Assembly (NCBI GenBank): GCA_002633005.1
Contig: NMRA01000944.1
Location: 1 to 62,264, forward strand
Direction of reading: 5' to 3'
DNA from: Phoronis australis
Taxonomy: Eukaryota > Animalia > Phoronida
Length of the DNA stretch: 62,264 bases
A program made the position numbers and the translations under genes. This document shows, in pieces, positions 1 through 13,771 of this stretch; the stretch's first letter is position 1; every line of letters starts with the position of its first letter. The notes beneath the pieces were generated by a model. It ran no database searches. It saw only the letters and a program-made list of their open reading frames with translations, and had not been told where the DNA came from.

Positions 1-2649
1 AATTCATTGAAGCACATGAAAAATAATAAAAGTCCAGGTCCGGACGGTTTCACCACGGAATTTTATATTTTTTTCTGGAACGACCTAGCGAAGTATCTTA
101 CTAAAGCGTACAATCGCAGTTTCAGAAGAGGCTTCCTTCCAAACTCCCAACTCCAGGGAGTTATTTCCATTATACCCAAAGGGGATAAACCGAGAGATAA
201 TATACAAATTGGAGGCCTATCTCTCTCTTAAATATCAGTTACAAACTTTTATCGTCCTGTATTTCCCAAAGAGTTCGTTCTGTAATATAAAAATTCTTGC
301 ACAGTGACCAAAAGGGTTTTCTCTCTGGGCGTTTCATAGCAGAAAATACAAGGCGGACTTACGACTTGATGCAGTATACTTAGCAGTTTCATAAACCGGG
401 TTTACTTCTACTGGTGGACTTTGAAAAGAGTTTGACTCCATATCTTTGTCTTTTATTGACAATGTCTTAAATTTCACTCTATGAAAAAATGGGTCCATAT
501 ACTAAACAGAGGGTCAAACCAATGTGTTATACCAAACGGTGTCACATCTAACTTTTTCGACACAGGGCGTGGTTGCAGGCAAGGTGATCCGTTATCGCCA
601 TACCTTTATATTCTATGTGCAATAATTGTGGGCTGGCTCTTCAGACTAGACAATAGCGCTAAGGGCATCCAGGTCGGATCGGTGGAAAACAAACTGATGC
701 AGTATGCAGATGATACAGTTACATCTTTAGATGGCTCAGAGCAGTCTATGCGGAAAACACTTCACATTTTAAACCATTTTGCAAAATATTCTGGTCTAAA
801 GCCTAATCTGGAAAAAGCATTTTTTTCTTTGGATATGTTCTATGAAGGGTAGCTCTCAAAAATGTGCTGTGACGTAAAACTGAAATGGGCAACATCGGAA
901 TTCACTTTACTGGTATTCAATTCTCCAATGCTTTATATAAAATTCCCGACATTAATTTTGACAGCAAGCCTGGTGAAATAGAGAAGGCTATTGGCATCTG
1001 GGGAAAAAGAAACTTGACACTTTTTGGAAAAATAACAGTTGTGAAATCAATAATTATGCCAAAACTTATTCATCTTTTTACAAGTCTCACGTCACCTTCA
1101 CAGGCCTTGCTGAAGCAGCTTAACAAAATGTTCTACTGTTTTATATGGAAGGGTAAAACGGAAAAAATCTTTCATAAAATTATGGCTCAAGAGTACAATG
1201 TTGGTGGAGCTAGAATGATTGAGCCATTAAACTAACTTGGTTTCGTAGACTACTTTGTCAAAGTACTACAAGTCCATGGGCAGTTTTAGCAAATGGTCTC
1301 CTATCAAGAGTTTTAGAGAATTGCATAATGTTCGGGGATTTCTATTTTTCAAAGATGTCCCAAATGACTTCTAATTTAATTTGGAAAGAGGTCTTTCAAT
1401 ATGTCCATGAATTTTGATTCTTAGTTCCCGAAAACGATGGTATTTATCAGCCTCTATGGTTTTATTCGGATATACTGATACATGTAGAAAACAAACCTGT
1501 TTTCTATAAACGGTGGTTTCAAATAGGCATAACTCATGTACACGGCTTACTTAATTCTTATTGTCGCTTCCTTAATTATGAGGAGTTTATACAGAAATTT
1601 GACTTTACCCCTCGAGTAACTTTATTTTACGGTCTACGAAACTCATTATATGCTAGCTTGAGTCATCTCAGAGGGAGAAAGCATCAAGTAATTTTACAGC
1701 GCCGTCCACGATACATTGAAGTTATTTTGGGAGATGTCAAAGGAGCAGATAAAATTTACCACGTCATTGTCTCTCAGAATTGTGGAAAAACAAAGTGTCA
1801 ACTGAAGAGGAGTAAATATTAAATCTCCCTGATACTGCAGAATGGTGGTGGTGTGGGATATTGCCATTCCCATATGTATACACCGTATGGTGGCGACACC
1901 TATTAGAGCAGAATAAAGTTAGTTGTTAGCTCAATGAAATCTTGCCTCTTTGTTCTCCGACTTCGGTCGTTAAATACGTCACAGGTACAATGTTTTTTCT
2001 TACATCTATTCATTCACAGAAGATGCTTCTCTGAAATGGTTTCAGTTTAGGCTGATTCACAGAATCATAGGCTGTAATGAATTTCTATACAAGATTGGCG
2101 TAACTTATAGCTCATTGTGCACTTTTTGCTTAAGTGAAATTGAATCTATTGTCCATGTGTACTGGTCTTGTTACGTAACTCAGCAGTGTTGGAATAATGT
2201 AAATAACTGGCTCGAAGACGCTGTTGGAATTAGTTTAGAACTGTCTGTAAAATCAGTTGTTTGGTGTTCAGGTGGAGGCAGTTTTACAAAGTTTGATTCT
2301 TTCCCTCGGAAAGTACCACATTTATAAACAAAGATTGAAGCGCAAACATCCGTGCCTCGCAATGTTTAAAAACGAAGGTGCTTTCTACATTTCTACTGAT
2401 CGGCTTATATATGTAAACAAAATGGAGTATTGAGAATTTTAGAGCGCTGGCAAGGCCTTGACCTTGTTTGCTTAGTTTAATGATTCCTACCCTCTATTTT
2501 GTTGATCATTCCTCCATTGTCAAATTACATTTGTACATATTAGCATTGTAAGTGAACACCTTAACTGCTCGTTGACAAGAACAAAAACATCTGTAATTGT
2601 GTGATCTGTGCTGCAGCTATTATATTGAATAAAATTCTCAGAAAAAAAA
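1..2649 (+). mobile_element. Degraded non-LTR retrotransposon (L1/Tx1 clade) ORF2: RT, C-terminal Cys/His domain, 3' UTR and poly(A); truncated by window start
   Basis: Collinear RT motifs across frameshifts: KSPGPDGFTTEFY, QGVISIIPKGDKP, WRPISLLNISYKLL, DQKGF, LLVDFEK, GRGCRQGDPLSPYLY, QYADD, WGKRNLTLFGKITVVKS, FIWKGK. C-terminal CTFC..ESIVHVYWSC (2115-2327). AATAAA at 2628-2633 and an A-run at 2642-2649. Many stops and frameshifts. Confidence 0.93.
1852..1983 (+). mobile_element. Putative short solo LTR inserted in the LINE
   Basis: 132-bp segment that interrupts LINE homology, begins TGTG, ends CACA and contains AATAAA. The flanks GGTGG/GGTAC are only a partial TSD match. Confidence 0.45.
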
Positions 2650-3160
2650 GATTAAACATTTATATATCTTACAGATTATGCACTTCAAATAAATTTCGAC
2701 ATGTAATGGTATACAGTGACTTTAGGTAAATCTTATTACCCGTAACTTTTCTGAGGAATGTATACGGGAGTTTGTTAGTATGTACTCTGCCATACTAAGC
2801 AGGCGTTGTTATATTTCAGGGATTGTAATGCTAATTCAAGCTTTATAATCAAAGAGATAGGCACCGGGTTCTAAAACGCTAAAGCCAGGGAGGGAGGGTG
2901 GAGACTGAGTGAACCTGCCAGTCCAATAACAAGCCCGAGTTTTTAAGAAATTATTAGTTGATTAGTTTTTAGTTATAAAATGCGTCAGTTATTGCAAGTA
3001 TTCTACCATAGAAGTTTCATATTTATCAAAGCGTTAAAGAACAGGATTCTTTTCTTTCTTTAAGTCACGGATGTACATGCAATAAGATTGAAATGACCAA
3101 CAAAGCGACCGTTGTAGGAGTTGAAAACCTGAAATACTGAAAAAACAATCTGTTGTTATA

Positions 3161-3466
3161 CCCAAAAATATCAATGCATTGGGCATGTAAAGGCAACACC
3201 ACTGCACTTTCGCCTATGTAATTAGTATACTGTCTTAATATGAGCCCATCATGGGACCTGTGCAGGGCCAACACCGTCTGTCGATACTGGCTCTTTATAG
3301 GGCCTGAACCGGTTTTTGGTTTATTGTATCAGCAATGGCTTGCTTCTGGCCCTTTACTGGCCCGATATCGCAAACTTACACCGGTCCAATACCAAGAAGG
3401 TGTGCAAAGTGTTATTGGGCCAGTACTGGCCTACAGCATTGGCCCAATACCTGCATGTTTACTGGG
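3161..3466. mobile_element. Small non-autonomous TIR element with CCCA...TGGG ends (CACTA/EnSpm-like MITE)
   Basis: The right end TGTTTACTGGG reverse-complements to CCCAGTAAACATGCAGGTATTGGGC, an imperfect match to the left CCCAAAAATATCAATGCATTGGGC. Internal tactggccc/gggccagta motifs recur. Confidence 0.4.
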
Positions 3467-3559
3467 ATGTCGCCGACGCGCTCGTTGGATCTTGGAAATT
3501 TGGGAGGCTAGTAGGTATAACAGTGCTTGAAACTACAATACCACCCCACTGCCCATGTG

Positions 3560-4002
3560 CAAGTCACAGTCTCTCGTGACGCAACACGTGTAGGCAGTAT
3601 GTTATTAAACACGATACATGTGACAAATGTTAAGTGAACTTCCTGTGCATTAATCCTTGAGAGATCTTGTGTAGAATCTTCCATGATACGCTGTACAACT
3701 CCTCCTGTCCACTGTTGGAAGTCTTATGGTTTCAACCGTCTCGATAGTTTGCAAATTTCAAAACAAACTGTATTAATGTACATTTGAAACGATTGGCTAA
3801 TGAAAACCATACTATCTTACTCAACCACATCCATTAACTGTTACGTTTTGCTCTTAAATATTTCTAGAATCATTAGAATCCATTAACCCCAAAACCAAAT
3901 TGATAAACCTCATCTAAATATAGATATTGGCGTCAAAACTACATGTAAACAAGTTTGACCCCTGGCTTAAAAGTTCATGTGCACATATTTGGAGCAACTT
4001 AA
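3560..4002 (-). repeat. Interspersed repeat with a TTAA end, inverted homologue of 24640-25050 (Kolobok-like)
   Basis: acatgtaaacaagtttgacc/ggtcagacttgttgacatgt, gattggctaatgaaaacca/tggtttttattaaccaatc and tagaatcttcca/tggaagattcta pair in inverted orientation. Both copies end at TTAA. Confidence 0.6.
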
Positions 4003-5724
4003 TCAATAATGATTCTCATAATTATTGCCATTAATCAGATGTTCTCAAAGCCATGGGACAAAAACGGCATTTCTACCTACGACCATTTTGGTGGGCACCT
4101 GCAGCTAGGCATGTTGTGAGTGGTTCAAGTGTTTTCACAAAAGAAGCATTCACGAAAACAGTTGATATTCTTGTTAAGGGATCTGAATCCATCGTCTTCC
4201 CAAACAGGCAATGCTCAATTGTCCAGCTGTTCACTGCTTCAGCCCCGTTTTGAAGTTGATCAAAATTCAAACTCCCAGCTATCGATATTCTTGGGAGTGA
4301 GCGAGAAATGCAGCAATAAAGAAACAAATGAGAGTCGCTTTGACCGATCTTTATTTTGCCTCAATCATCCGTACAGTTGTTTAATTGTCAAAATGTCATC
4401 GCTTATCACTCGTCTGAAACAGAAGTTTAAAACGATAATTAGGCAATTACATTAGTGATATACTAGAAAACAGAATGATAGAGATTTGTGCTAAGTACAC
4501 ACTGACACAGATGTAGAGAGAAGAATTTTAAAAATTTAAATTAGAGTTAAACATGTAGTTTAAGTTAAAAAATTGATTTCCGGCAACAGTGTCAAGATTC
4601 TCCAATGCGAAACAATCACCAGTGCCAACTGATGGAACGTACAAGTACTTCAACATAGTTTTCCCAGTGTTGAGAAATCGCCTGTGGCCAGTTGCGTGAA
4701 ACAGTCCAAAAAAGGACTTTAAATATTTTACGTATTTGTGTTGTTCGTTAATCATAGATGTAATTTTTCTCATGATTTTATTTCTATAATGTGGTCCTCT
4801 TTGACCAATAAAATAATCTAATAAATATAATTTTTACATGGCGAAATCGTTATCCCCCGTATTCTAGAGCCCGAGTGGATTTTGCAGAACTATCGCCCGC
4901 ACTACATTTAGGGAACTTGAGTCCCTTTTTGGGTCTGTTTCATGCAACCGGTCACTAGCTGCTTCAACTGGGGATGTGGCTCAGTTGTGAAGGCCTTGGG
5001 ATTTTTTTCCATGAACACCGTAAGGCTGTAACGAAATTTTCCATAGTGTATTGAGTAAAGCGGCTAAAACGTCAGAAAAGCAATTTGGCAGAATATTCCA
5101 GAAGTTGCCAGTTATGTTTTTCATCTGAATCAACCATGAAAACCTCGGCGTCAGATATGTCCCCGTGTTTGTGGGCTCAAGTTAATTAGTGATAACACTA
5201 ACGTTTAAAATGATGAGCAGGTTTTTCTTTAACAAAAACGAAAGTAACTACAAGTTAAATTATTCTCAATTCCTGGACCCATGGAATCTAATACAACATT
5301 TTGAGTAGTCTCAGACTTGGATTTAGTCAATCCACCCTAAATCGATCGCGTGCTTGTGTCGTTCATAAGACACGTGTAATCTACTTCACTCATCATATCT
5401 TTACTATGAGGTGTTTTTCATCGATGACACACTAGTAATTCAAATAAACACTGAGCATTTCATTTATTGGAAATAAATAGTGACTTAAGTCCCAATAATT
5501 TAGGACTTTGCCCCAACAGTTCGCCACTAATTATGTTTAATAATATACAGAACTGAACGTAGAGTTCCCTCTTGATTTGACTTATAACTAAAATAGACAG
5601 TCAGTGTTTTCAATTATCAGCAGTAAATTTAGGGAACTTCGTTGAGTCCCTCCTTAATGTAGTTTCATGAAGGCAACCGTCCATTGGTCCGTGCGGGTTT
5701 ATAACAATAACGAGAGATTCTGTG

Positions 5725-6747
5725 AGAATTCACGGTGACGTCACCGAAACTAGGGCAAAAAAATTTCGTTTGGCCATTTGCCCAAAACGTTAGCAGAATC
5801 TGATCTGTTCCGTTAAATTCGAGTTTTTAATCTTTTAGTGTGGAAAATGACAAACAAGCATTGCTGTTATGGAAAATGTAATTCAGATTCGCGCTAAAGT
5901 ACATGTACTTCCCGCCACGTTCTGTACCAATTTCGTTCCGTGTATTATAAAGGAAGGTAGGCGAAATCCGCTCACTTATTCACAGTTTTAACATCGTCAA
6001 AAATACATTCTCAAATTAAAACTATCACTTAGATAAAAGCTTTAGGTGACCCCTTTTGTTTGTGCACATATCGTCCATGAAACATTGTTTTGAGAATGAC
6101 GGGGACTTTGGTGAAGAATTCCAAGTCCACTTTTTGGTAATTGGTAACTTTTTCAACTGATTCACGTGAATTATAAGACAAAGGCTGGCACAAGACTGAG
6201 CAAAGAGCCTGACCGGCCGCGTGACGCTTGCAATATAGCATTGGGCGATATCACGTGAAATTTGTAAGATTTGTGTCCCTTGGTCTTTTTGTTCGTCAAC
6301 AGGGGTGATTTAACGTATTTTCCTGAAAATTTCGTCGGCTGAGAGAAACTCGAGCGAACTGCGACAGATTTCCATGTTTATGTCCAAGTTATTTGCTGCA
6401 TATTTCATCTGATTCCATTTGCTGCATTTTGAAATATGTAACTTTTTATGGGAATGTACTGTGTGCCCTGTGAGTCTCTGCGGCATTCAGGGCGATTTAA
6501 TTACCTAGTTCGGGTCGAGTTCCAATTTCACTCCGTTTTCAGCTTCGCACAACAAGTTCACCTTTTCTTCGTCCATTCACAGTTAGTCCACGATTCATCA
6601 GCTTACTCTTAAGTTGTAATATCGTTTTAAGCATAATTTTTTTCCTAAACTCCATGTGATTTAGTGCGTACACCAAAGACTCGGGTGCAAAATAATGGCA
6701 ATATGGCGAGTTTTGCCCAACTTCTGGTGACGTCACGTTTACTATCT
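5725..6747. mobile_element. Internally deleted ISL2EU/PHIS-like DNA transposon with convergent THAP-like and SAP-like gene starts
   Basis: Inverted subterminal motifs GTGACGTCACCGAAACTAGGGCAAAA (5735) and TTTTGCCCAACTTCTGGTGACGTCAC (ending 6736). Plus-strand MTNKHCCYGKCNSDSR* (5847-5897) resembles a THAP N-terminus. Minus-strand MEFRKK..LQLKSKLMNRGLTVNGRRKGELV (6655-6539) is SAP-like. Confidence 0.6.
6245..6500 (+). repeat. Interspersed repeat; other copies at ~24345-24630 (+) and ~32270-32460 (-)
   Basis: The block gtgaaatttgtaagatttgtgtcccttgg...ttcgtcaac is shared by all three copies. ctgagagaaactcgagc is shared with the 24.4-kb copy. Confidence 0.65.
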
Positions 6748-7471
6748 GGAAACTTGCAAGTGAGCTATTGTTTTTCACCATCATCTTGCAGACGTCGCCT
6801 TGCTGTTCAATAAGTTGCCACTGGATTTTAAAACCAAAAGACACGTGGTGTGGGAGAATTGATGCAATGATACTGTATGCATATGGTTTTACATTTTTTG
6901 AAGTTGCATAGCACGCGTTAAAAGGGGGCGTAATTTTCTTCAGCCCCAACTATTCAGTGACGCGGTGGTACTCTGATCGACCGGGCGTAATTCTGATCCT
7001 GGCCTGTGAGAGGTGGCAGAACGAGTGATTGTTTTGTGGCTTTTGTAACAGAAACTGTCACTCTTGGGTGCTGATTTTCTTTAAACATCGAAGTGTAATT
7101 TTCAAAAAGTTTACTCACAAACCGTAACCAGTCATTCTATGTTCTTTGTTTTGTATATATTTACGTACAGCGACATATACACAATCCGAAGTCTCTTTCA
7201 CACCATCCGCCATATTTGGCGCCTCTGTTTCTGCATTCTTTTCCACAATTCTTATGGTAACACCAGGGATTGAATTTTTTTTCCTGTATATCTGAAATAG
7301 AGGACATTACTCACTTGCAACTGTATTTTCACCCCGTGTCTGAGGTTCGGAGAGGGGTTAAGACCATGGAATTACACGACCACAATGTACAAAGTGGCGG
7401 AAACATATGTTGTTGCATAACGGGTGTTAGAGGGCGTTTTCCAGGAAGGAGAAGAAATGATTCTCAATTAG

Positions 7472-7613
7472 CAGGGGTGGAACCAGAGTTTTGAGTTTAA
7501 GGTGCAGACCAGAGTATTATCGAGGATTTTTCCCGCCACAAACTCGCACCCACAAACTGGGTAATTTTTATGGGGCGCATGGCTTTATTGCCTCCCACTT
7601 AAATACGCCACTG
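7472..7613 (+). mobile_element. hAT-like MITE (CAGGGGCGGATC...AATCCGCCACTG family), copy A
   Basis: Termini CAGGGGTGGAA / TAAATACGCCACTG; flanks ATTAG/ATCAG; homologous to the copies at 20616, 31066, 37793, ~41860 and 55362. Confidence 0.7.
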
Positions 7614-8130
7614 ATCAGAGCATCTGCGTCCCTTTTGAAACATACAAATTTACTACCACAGTTTTGAAGCTTTCACTGGAAACTTCCAAATTTGCCTCCG
7701 TTATACCACTACAGATCAATAAAAGTAACTGTTGAATAGGGTCCTTGAAAGGACGACTAGATTGATGAATATTTTACAACGCTCTGTATGTTAAATTGAG
7801 TCTTAAAACATCAGATTCTTCTAATTCGGGCGTAGACAAGTACATGAAAGCAGTTGACTGCGTAAACTGGATACTCCGTTCAGGATTGTGCACGATATGT
7901 TACGAGTACTCCATGGCAATGTCACTAGGCTAAGTTCTGGCTGGTCCCGTTACGCGTTACGCTTTACGTAGGCATATCTTGATGTCCCAGGAAGGAAAAG
8001 ACACGAATAAACGTGTCCATGTTACTCAGAAAGATCACGAAATCTGCGATGGATTTTTTGTTTTTGTTTTAGATTCGTGGTCTACGTGGATGGAATCGTT
8101 CTATTTCGGGGCTGAACGCTTAGATTTTAA

Positions 8131-8815
8131 AGGAGAATGCCACCCTATTTAATTAGTCTTTTTTGCCGTCTTAATCGGTCTATATCCACATCGCCTCGCA
8201 CACGGTCGACCATACCTTGCCAAGAGGTGTCGCGTTAACCTGTGAGGAAGGTGAGAAACGACGCTAACGACGTCAGTGGTTCATATGCAGAGTGAATGCG
8301 CTATGTTGCAGTGCATCGTTCCCGCTTGTCGGAACTAAGCAGCTGCGAGGAAAGCGGGTACATCGTTTTTTTACTTCCTCGCGAGTCCGAAATGCTTAGG
8401 AAGTGGCTCATGGTAGCGAAGAATGGGACGTACACTGTAAACAGCAAGTATGAGGCCGTGAAACATCTCCGTGTCTGTGGCCTGCAGACGTCGACACTGC
8501 CTGACGAATGCCGGCTTACCAAATAACTCCATAAGTTGTCTGAGCTTGTTCACGGCGCCTCTCTAGTATTTCTTCATCACTGTATTCCTGTTCGAATTAA
8601 TAGCCTGTAAAACTTAACGATCCACCTGCGAAGTCCGGACAGATGAGCTCTAGCTCGTCCTAAGTCGGGATTACAAGTTGCCATGTTAGCGTTTATTACT
8701 GAGCGTTCTGTTTTCAAAATGAATTATTCTCACCCTAACCAATACGTATATAAAACTGAAACATAGTCTGCCTCATTAGAAGCAGTTGTAACGCCTTTGG
8801 AGTGTTCGTGAGTGC
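8131..8815 (+). mobile_element. Kolobok-like element end with a degenerate THAP-domain ORF (copy 1)
   Basis: Starts TTAA|AGGAGAATGCCA. ORF 8296-8526 ..FLLPRESEMLRKWLMV..HLRVCGL fits the THAP pattern (F-P..W..RVC). A close inverted copy lies at 47167-47856. Confidence 0.65.
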
Positions 8816-11800
8816 AAATGATTTGAAAAGCCAGAAATGAATAAATCACTGCTTTACCGGCTTTAGGTGCAATAAAACTAATTGACGGGACACCGAGGCC
8901 GTGTGAGCTCATGCTAATTTAGTGTTTTCTGGCAGAAACTGTTATGAAACAACTCGATATCCATCCCAGGGTCAGGTGTTAGGGGAATCTTTATTTACAT
9001 TTACATTACTCAAATAATGATTGTCAATGTACAACTTCTGCCCTGNTACTTCATGAATACATACTTACGTTACAGTATCCTAAATACACGAAACGTAATC
9101 AGCGTTACGTACATGAAATAATATCCCACGAGACATTACTCCGCGTATCGACCGAGACCGAAAGTTGCGGTCGATACGATGAATAATTTTAAGTATTTAT
9201 CGCTTACGCATCACATTCGTGAGTTTCTTTTTTTGTTTTGGCATTTTATAAATACTTCAACCCGAGTCTTTATGTGGCTCATCAAAACCTGTTCAGTGTG
9301 TACGTGCGCGTTATGTTGCTATCTTACTATAGTAAAAGAAATAAGTAAATAAAATTATTTATTTATAACATTGTAAAATCCTCATCGGGTAGCTGCATTC
9401 ATTCATGAAACTAGGTCATTGACCGGAGCGCGTAGCCTACACGTCGTCTGTTCTCACGAACATGTTAATAAGTGGTAACAGCTAGCTGGCTGGCTACGGA
9501 TTCTGTAGCATAGATAGGTCCACGTGTTGCTGGGACGGTCGCCGTTGCTGCTAGTGTAATACTGTCGACGATACTATCGGGTGCTGCCATGGCCAGTGAC
9601 AACAATGATTGATATTGATTTACAAGGAATCGGTGCCTGAGTTGCAGACGATATGATATGTAGAAATTGAAAACTGAGACACAACTGTCATATAATTAAC
9701 AGTCCTTTTCCAGATGTTACGATTGACACCTGGTTGCATCTTGAGGGGTATTTATACTGCTACACTTGTATTACTTTAAGCTATTTTCCGAAAGTTCGAT
9801 GATTTAACCGGCTAAAAACGTCGAGTCGACATAGACGTACCTTTTGAGCCTTTAATGTCAGAGGTACCGGTTGAAGTAGTGCGGCGGTGAATACGGAAAA
9901 CATTATTACATGGCCGTATTTGCATCGACAGATTCAACGTGTATGGGTTGGATACGTTTCATACCGTAGGTGATGATAACTGCATATCATTAATAGAGAT
10001 TTAATAACCAACAGATATCATCATTATGTTATATATCATTCGCCAAATCTACCGGTGATGAATGAGGCGGCGATAACATTTTATTTATTCGTTGTTAAAG
10101 TTTCTTTGAATTTATGGAAATTTCACGATTTATAACTTGTTTTTATTATTGACTGATTAATCATTTCGAAATTTCGAACAGTGGCACTGGGTATTATTGG
10201 AAATCGTTTTTCCTTGTTGTCATGGCCACCTTGGACGAAAGGTCAATCTTAGTATAAAGAATATTAAGTACTTTTTATATGTTAATGTTTTTCATTATGT
10301 TTTTTCATCACTTGTCAATTTTATTGACGTTTTGAGGCCGTCAATACCTTGGAGTTCATGGCCTCCAGTAGCTATTGTACCGTATGTTTTAGTCAATCTG
10401 CCTAGAATTATTAATGTTCAAACTTATCAGCCCGTGATCTGCCAAAGAGCTGATATAGAAAAGTGGTTCTTTCCTATGATACTGCTTAATAACTTCTTTA
10501 TCACACGCTTGTATCAAAGTTTGTCTGATGTAAACATGACCATATTCGTCTGATCTTGAAGTGTGATATCAAGTCACAGACAATGTATCGATGCATCATT
10601 TTCAAGTTTGTCAATCCCCAATAAACTGTGAAAGCGTTTTTGAGTAGTTGATGGCTTCAATATCTTAGTTGGTAGCGGAAATAGAATTTCATTGCGGTAA
10701 AAAATGTCATGAGACTGATTTGATTTGAGGTAAAGGCCTAATTCGGTTTCCATAGCCATATGTCCATGTCGAAAGCTCGACCAGGCTCACGTTCTGCGGA
10801 CGCAAGAAACTAGAGAAAACGCATAACTTCGCTAGGTATTATAACGACTGCACGTGATCACTTAGAATTTACTAGAGAAACTCTTGCGGAACTCTGCCCA
10901 GAGCACTGACAGTTATTGTTCTCACCGACGTCTTTGTCATCTATCGGCAGCGCCTGGAGGCAGCCCACAGCTAGCATCAACAGAATGAATACCGCGAAGC
11001 ACTTCATGACGTCTGGTGTTCTGTAATTCAGTCAGTGTCAGTTCAAGTTATGGGAAACAAGTATGTAAAAGAAGAAACAAAAATGTGAGATTAAAGCAAA
11101 ACGTGAATAAACTTTAGCAAATCTTATAGAACAATTACCCTTCCGTAGAAATTGAAACATAGACGGATTCACAGTGTTCTGCATACATGTACCTTGTACT
11201 CAAGATTCCTCCATACAGTTGAAGAGTCAAGTATCTGCGGATTTGAAAATCAAAACGTCTTGTAACTTAACAACAGGCAGTTAGTAGAAACTACGTACCT
11301 TGCGTTCCTCTAGCTTCTTTGATTTGCGATGTTTCGGCAAAACAAGTCGAAAAAGTTTTTTTTGGTGACCTGCTAGCAGGGGTTTTGTTTTCGTACAAAA
11401 GAAAGTCGACTTATTCAGTACAACTCTTGATTACTATGAGGTAATCGTACTTGAAGTTAGTGATGTACAGTAAACATTGATGTAGCCAACGTGAAAGTCT
11501 GAACATTGCCTTAAAAATTGTACAAGCTCTTTGATGCCAGTCTAAAATAACCTCCTACAAAGTTGGTGTCCCGATGCCCTATTACGTAGGTGAAGGAATT
11601 TGGACAGTTTGACTCGTCTGGTGACAGCAACTAGAAAATCTTGGACCCAAAACACACCTTTTCAAAGCCTATCCCTTTCCAACAGAATCTTGAGGAAGTG
11701 AGTTATCTCCCAAAGTGTAGTGTAATATTTTATTCTTGGCCTTAGACCTCATTTTCGTATCTGAAGTTGACGATCAGTGTGTTCAAAGACGATACCGTTC

Positions 11801-13560
11801 TTCCCAGCACTCCTTTGGATTATGCAGCACCACACGGGGGGTAAAGCTTTGATGAAGCTCAATTAATTTACGCTCACACTTTCTCAAATAACGCTAACGC
11901 TCCCGCACACTTTTTGTGACAATCACAATTAGGGAGCAAATAAAAAAGTGTTCTTAAGGGATTTAATCGCTGTCGACGGAGGTACATTTGGAATCAAACG
12001 GTTTGTGACGAACCGGGCTGTGGCGGAGATAAAACTACAGTCGACGGAGGGAGGTTTTACTCACGTCTAGTTCGCCTCCACCCACCCCACACACGTCAAA
12101 TTTCTTACGCCTATACGTCACTTTGCCTAATTATGGCTACCATACTTACACTGCTGTCCACACTCGTTACTGCAACGTTATGGATCACTTACGATGTAGT
12201 ACGTTGAATATTCTTCCAACTGTAATGGAATGGATAACAGTCATAGATCTACTAAAGTGATGCAGTAAACAATGCTGTAATTTCAGCTGCATACGTTGCA
12301 ATTACCAGCTCGTGTGAAGCAGCACTACTTTTCACGACTTCGAGATGTTTCCGGCATACGTGGGCCAAAAAGATCAGTAATGGAACTCTCTCCGAATTTT
12401 AAATTCAGATGATGAGTTTTAAAATTGAAATTTTAACCAATTTATTTTCAGTAGTCAGGCGTGCGGCCCATTTAATCAGATACCGACATACAAGACGAAC
12501 ATTTACTGCAGGGAAATGGACGTGTTTGACAGACATAGAAACGTGGTCTGTGATGTTCTTAAATACATGTACGTCATACAGGACTGATACAACTTTGTTA
12601 ATTTCAAGGGTTTGACTAAGACCTTCTTCATCATATACATGTAGTAGTGGCAGGTTATGAAAAATGTCGGAGGCTTGGGTGACGCTGGTGGAAGGGACTG
12701 ACGGCCCAAGTTTCAGCTAAAATGGCGGAAATTTAAAGCAAAACAAGAAATAATTAGGAAAGGAATATGCAGGGGGAAATCACGAAAAACCAACTGCGCG
12801 TAAACGAGCTGTCATTAAGTTAAGACTAAATGAAAAACATTTCTCAAATATTCTAGCAGTGGAGTTGATAACTCACACATTTACTTTCCAGACTAAGAGC
12901 ACTGGGCCATAAAACAAGCCTGACAAAGGGTTAGATATATCAACGAGACCAACCCTCAAACTGTGAGTTGATAAAAGCAAACACGCCTCATGCAATAGTA
13001 TCATTGATAAATCATGGTGTTTATAGATCTGACAGAGTATGGAAACCTTTGAAAACAAACAATTCACTGATCAACGAAAGTATGAAACGTTATCTTAATG
13101 TAAAGAGTCTGATTTAATTTGTTAGTATCAAGGTCCCACCCACTATTCTGCATTATGACAGGATACGCCTACCTCTGGCTATCTCGGTGAAGAATATCCT
13201 ATACAGCGATTCTTTGTCTACATCTATACAGTCCATTTTTTGGAACATTGTAGTGGCAAATGTACCTCCTATGACATATTCTGCTGTACACAGACAGCTT
13301 GTTTCCCATATATTTACTTGCCATGCTCCACAGCTAATCAGAATGTGTTTGTCTTTCATAATAACTACTATTCGAAATTGGTCACACTTTTAATGGTTCT
13401 CTTACGTGACACTTTCATGTTGTTGTGTGTGACAGGCCACATAGTAAGTGTTTTCTACTTTACTCGATCTGGCAGCCCTTCTTCGTTAAGGGCAAATAGC
13501 CCGTATGTTGCAGGTTAGCCAAACCTGGTGGAAGCACCTGAAAACTAGCCTTGAGCTCAG

Positions 13561-13771
13561 TGTTGAAAAGCTGTTCGATGCGCACGTTGAAGCAATTTCA
13601 CTATTGTCGCGCACGGTAAAAAGGACGACTAACACGATACAATACTTTTTCACCACTACTAAAAAACAAAAAATCTTCAACTGTGCAGAAAACGTGTCAA
13701 GAAAAGGTCAATGTCATTAACCGATACCGCCATCTATCGGAACAATAAAAAACTAAAACGGAATCATGACA
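13561..13771 (-). repeat. 3' LTR of the BEL/Pao element
   Basis: TGTTGAAAAGCTG...GAATCATGACA, a direct repeat of 17146-17362. Confidence 0.9.

Noticed and set aside
4970-5045. tRNA gene or tRNA-derived SINE head (GGGGATGTGGCTCAGTTG)
   Set aside because: Only an A-box-like start is present; there is no B-box (GTTCRA) or cloverleaf.
10200-13400. Scattered 60-118-aa ORFs suggesting decayed coding sequence
   Set aside because: I could not recognise any family motif; they are left unannotated.
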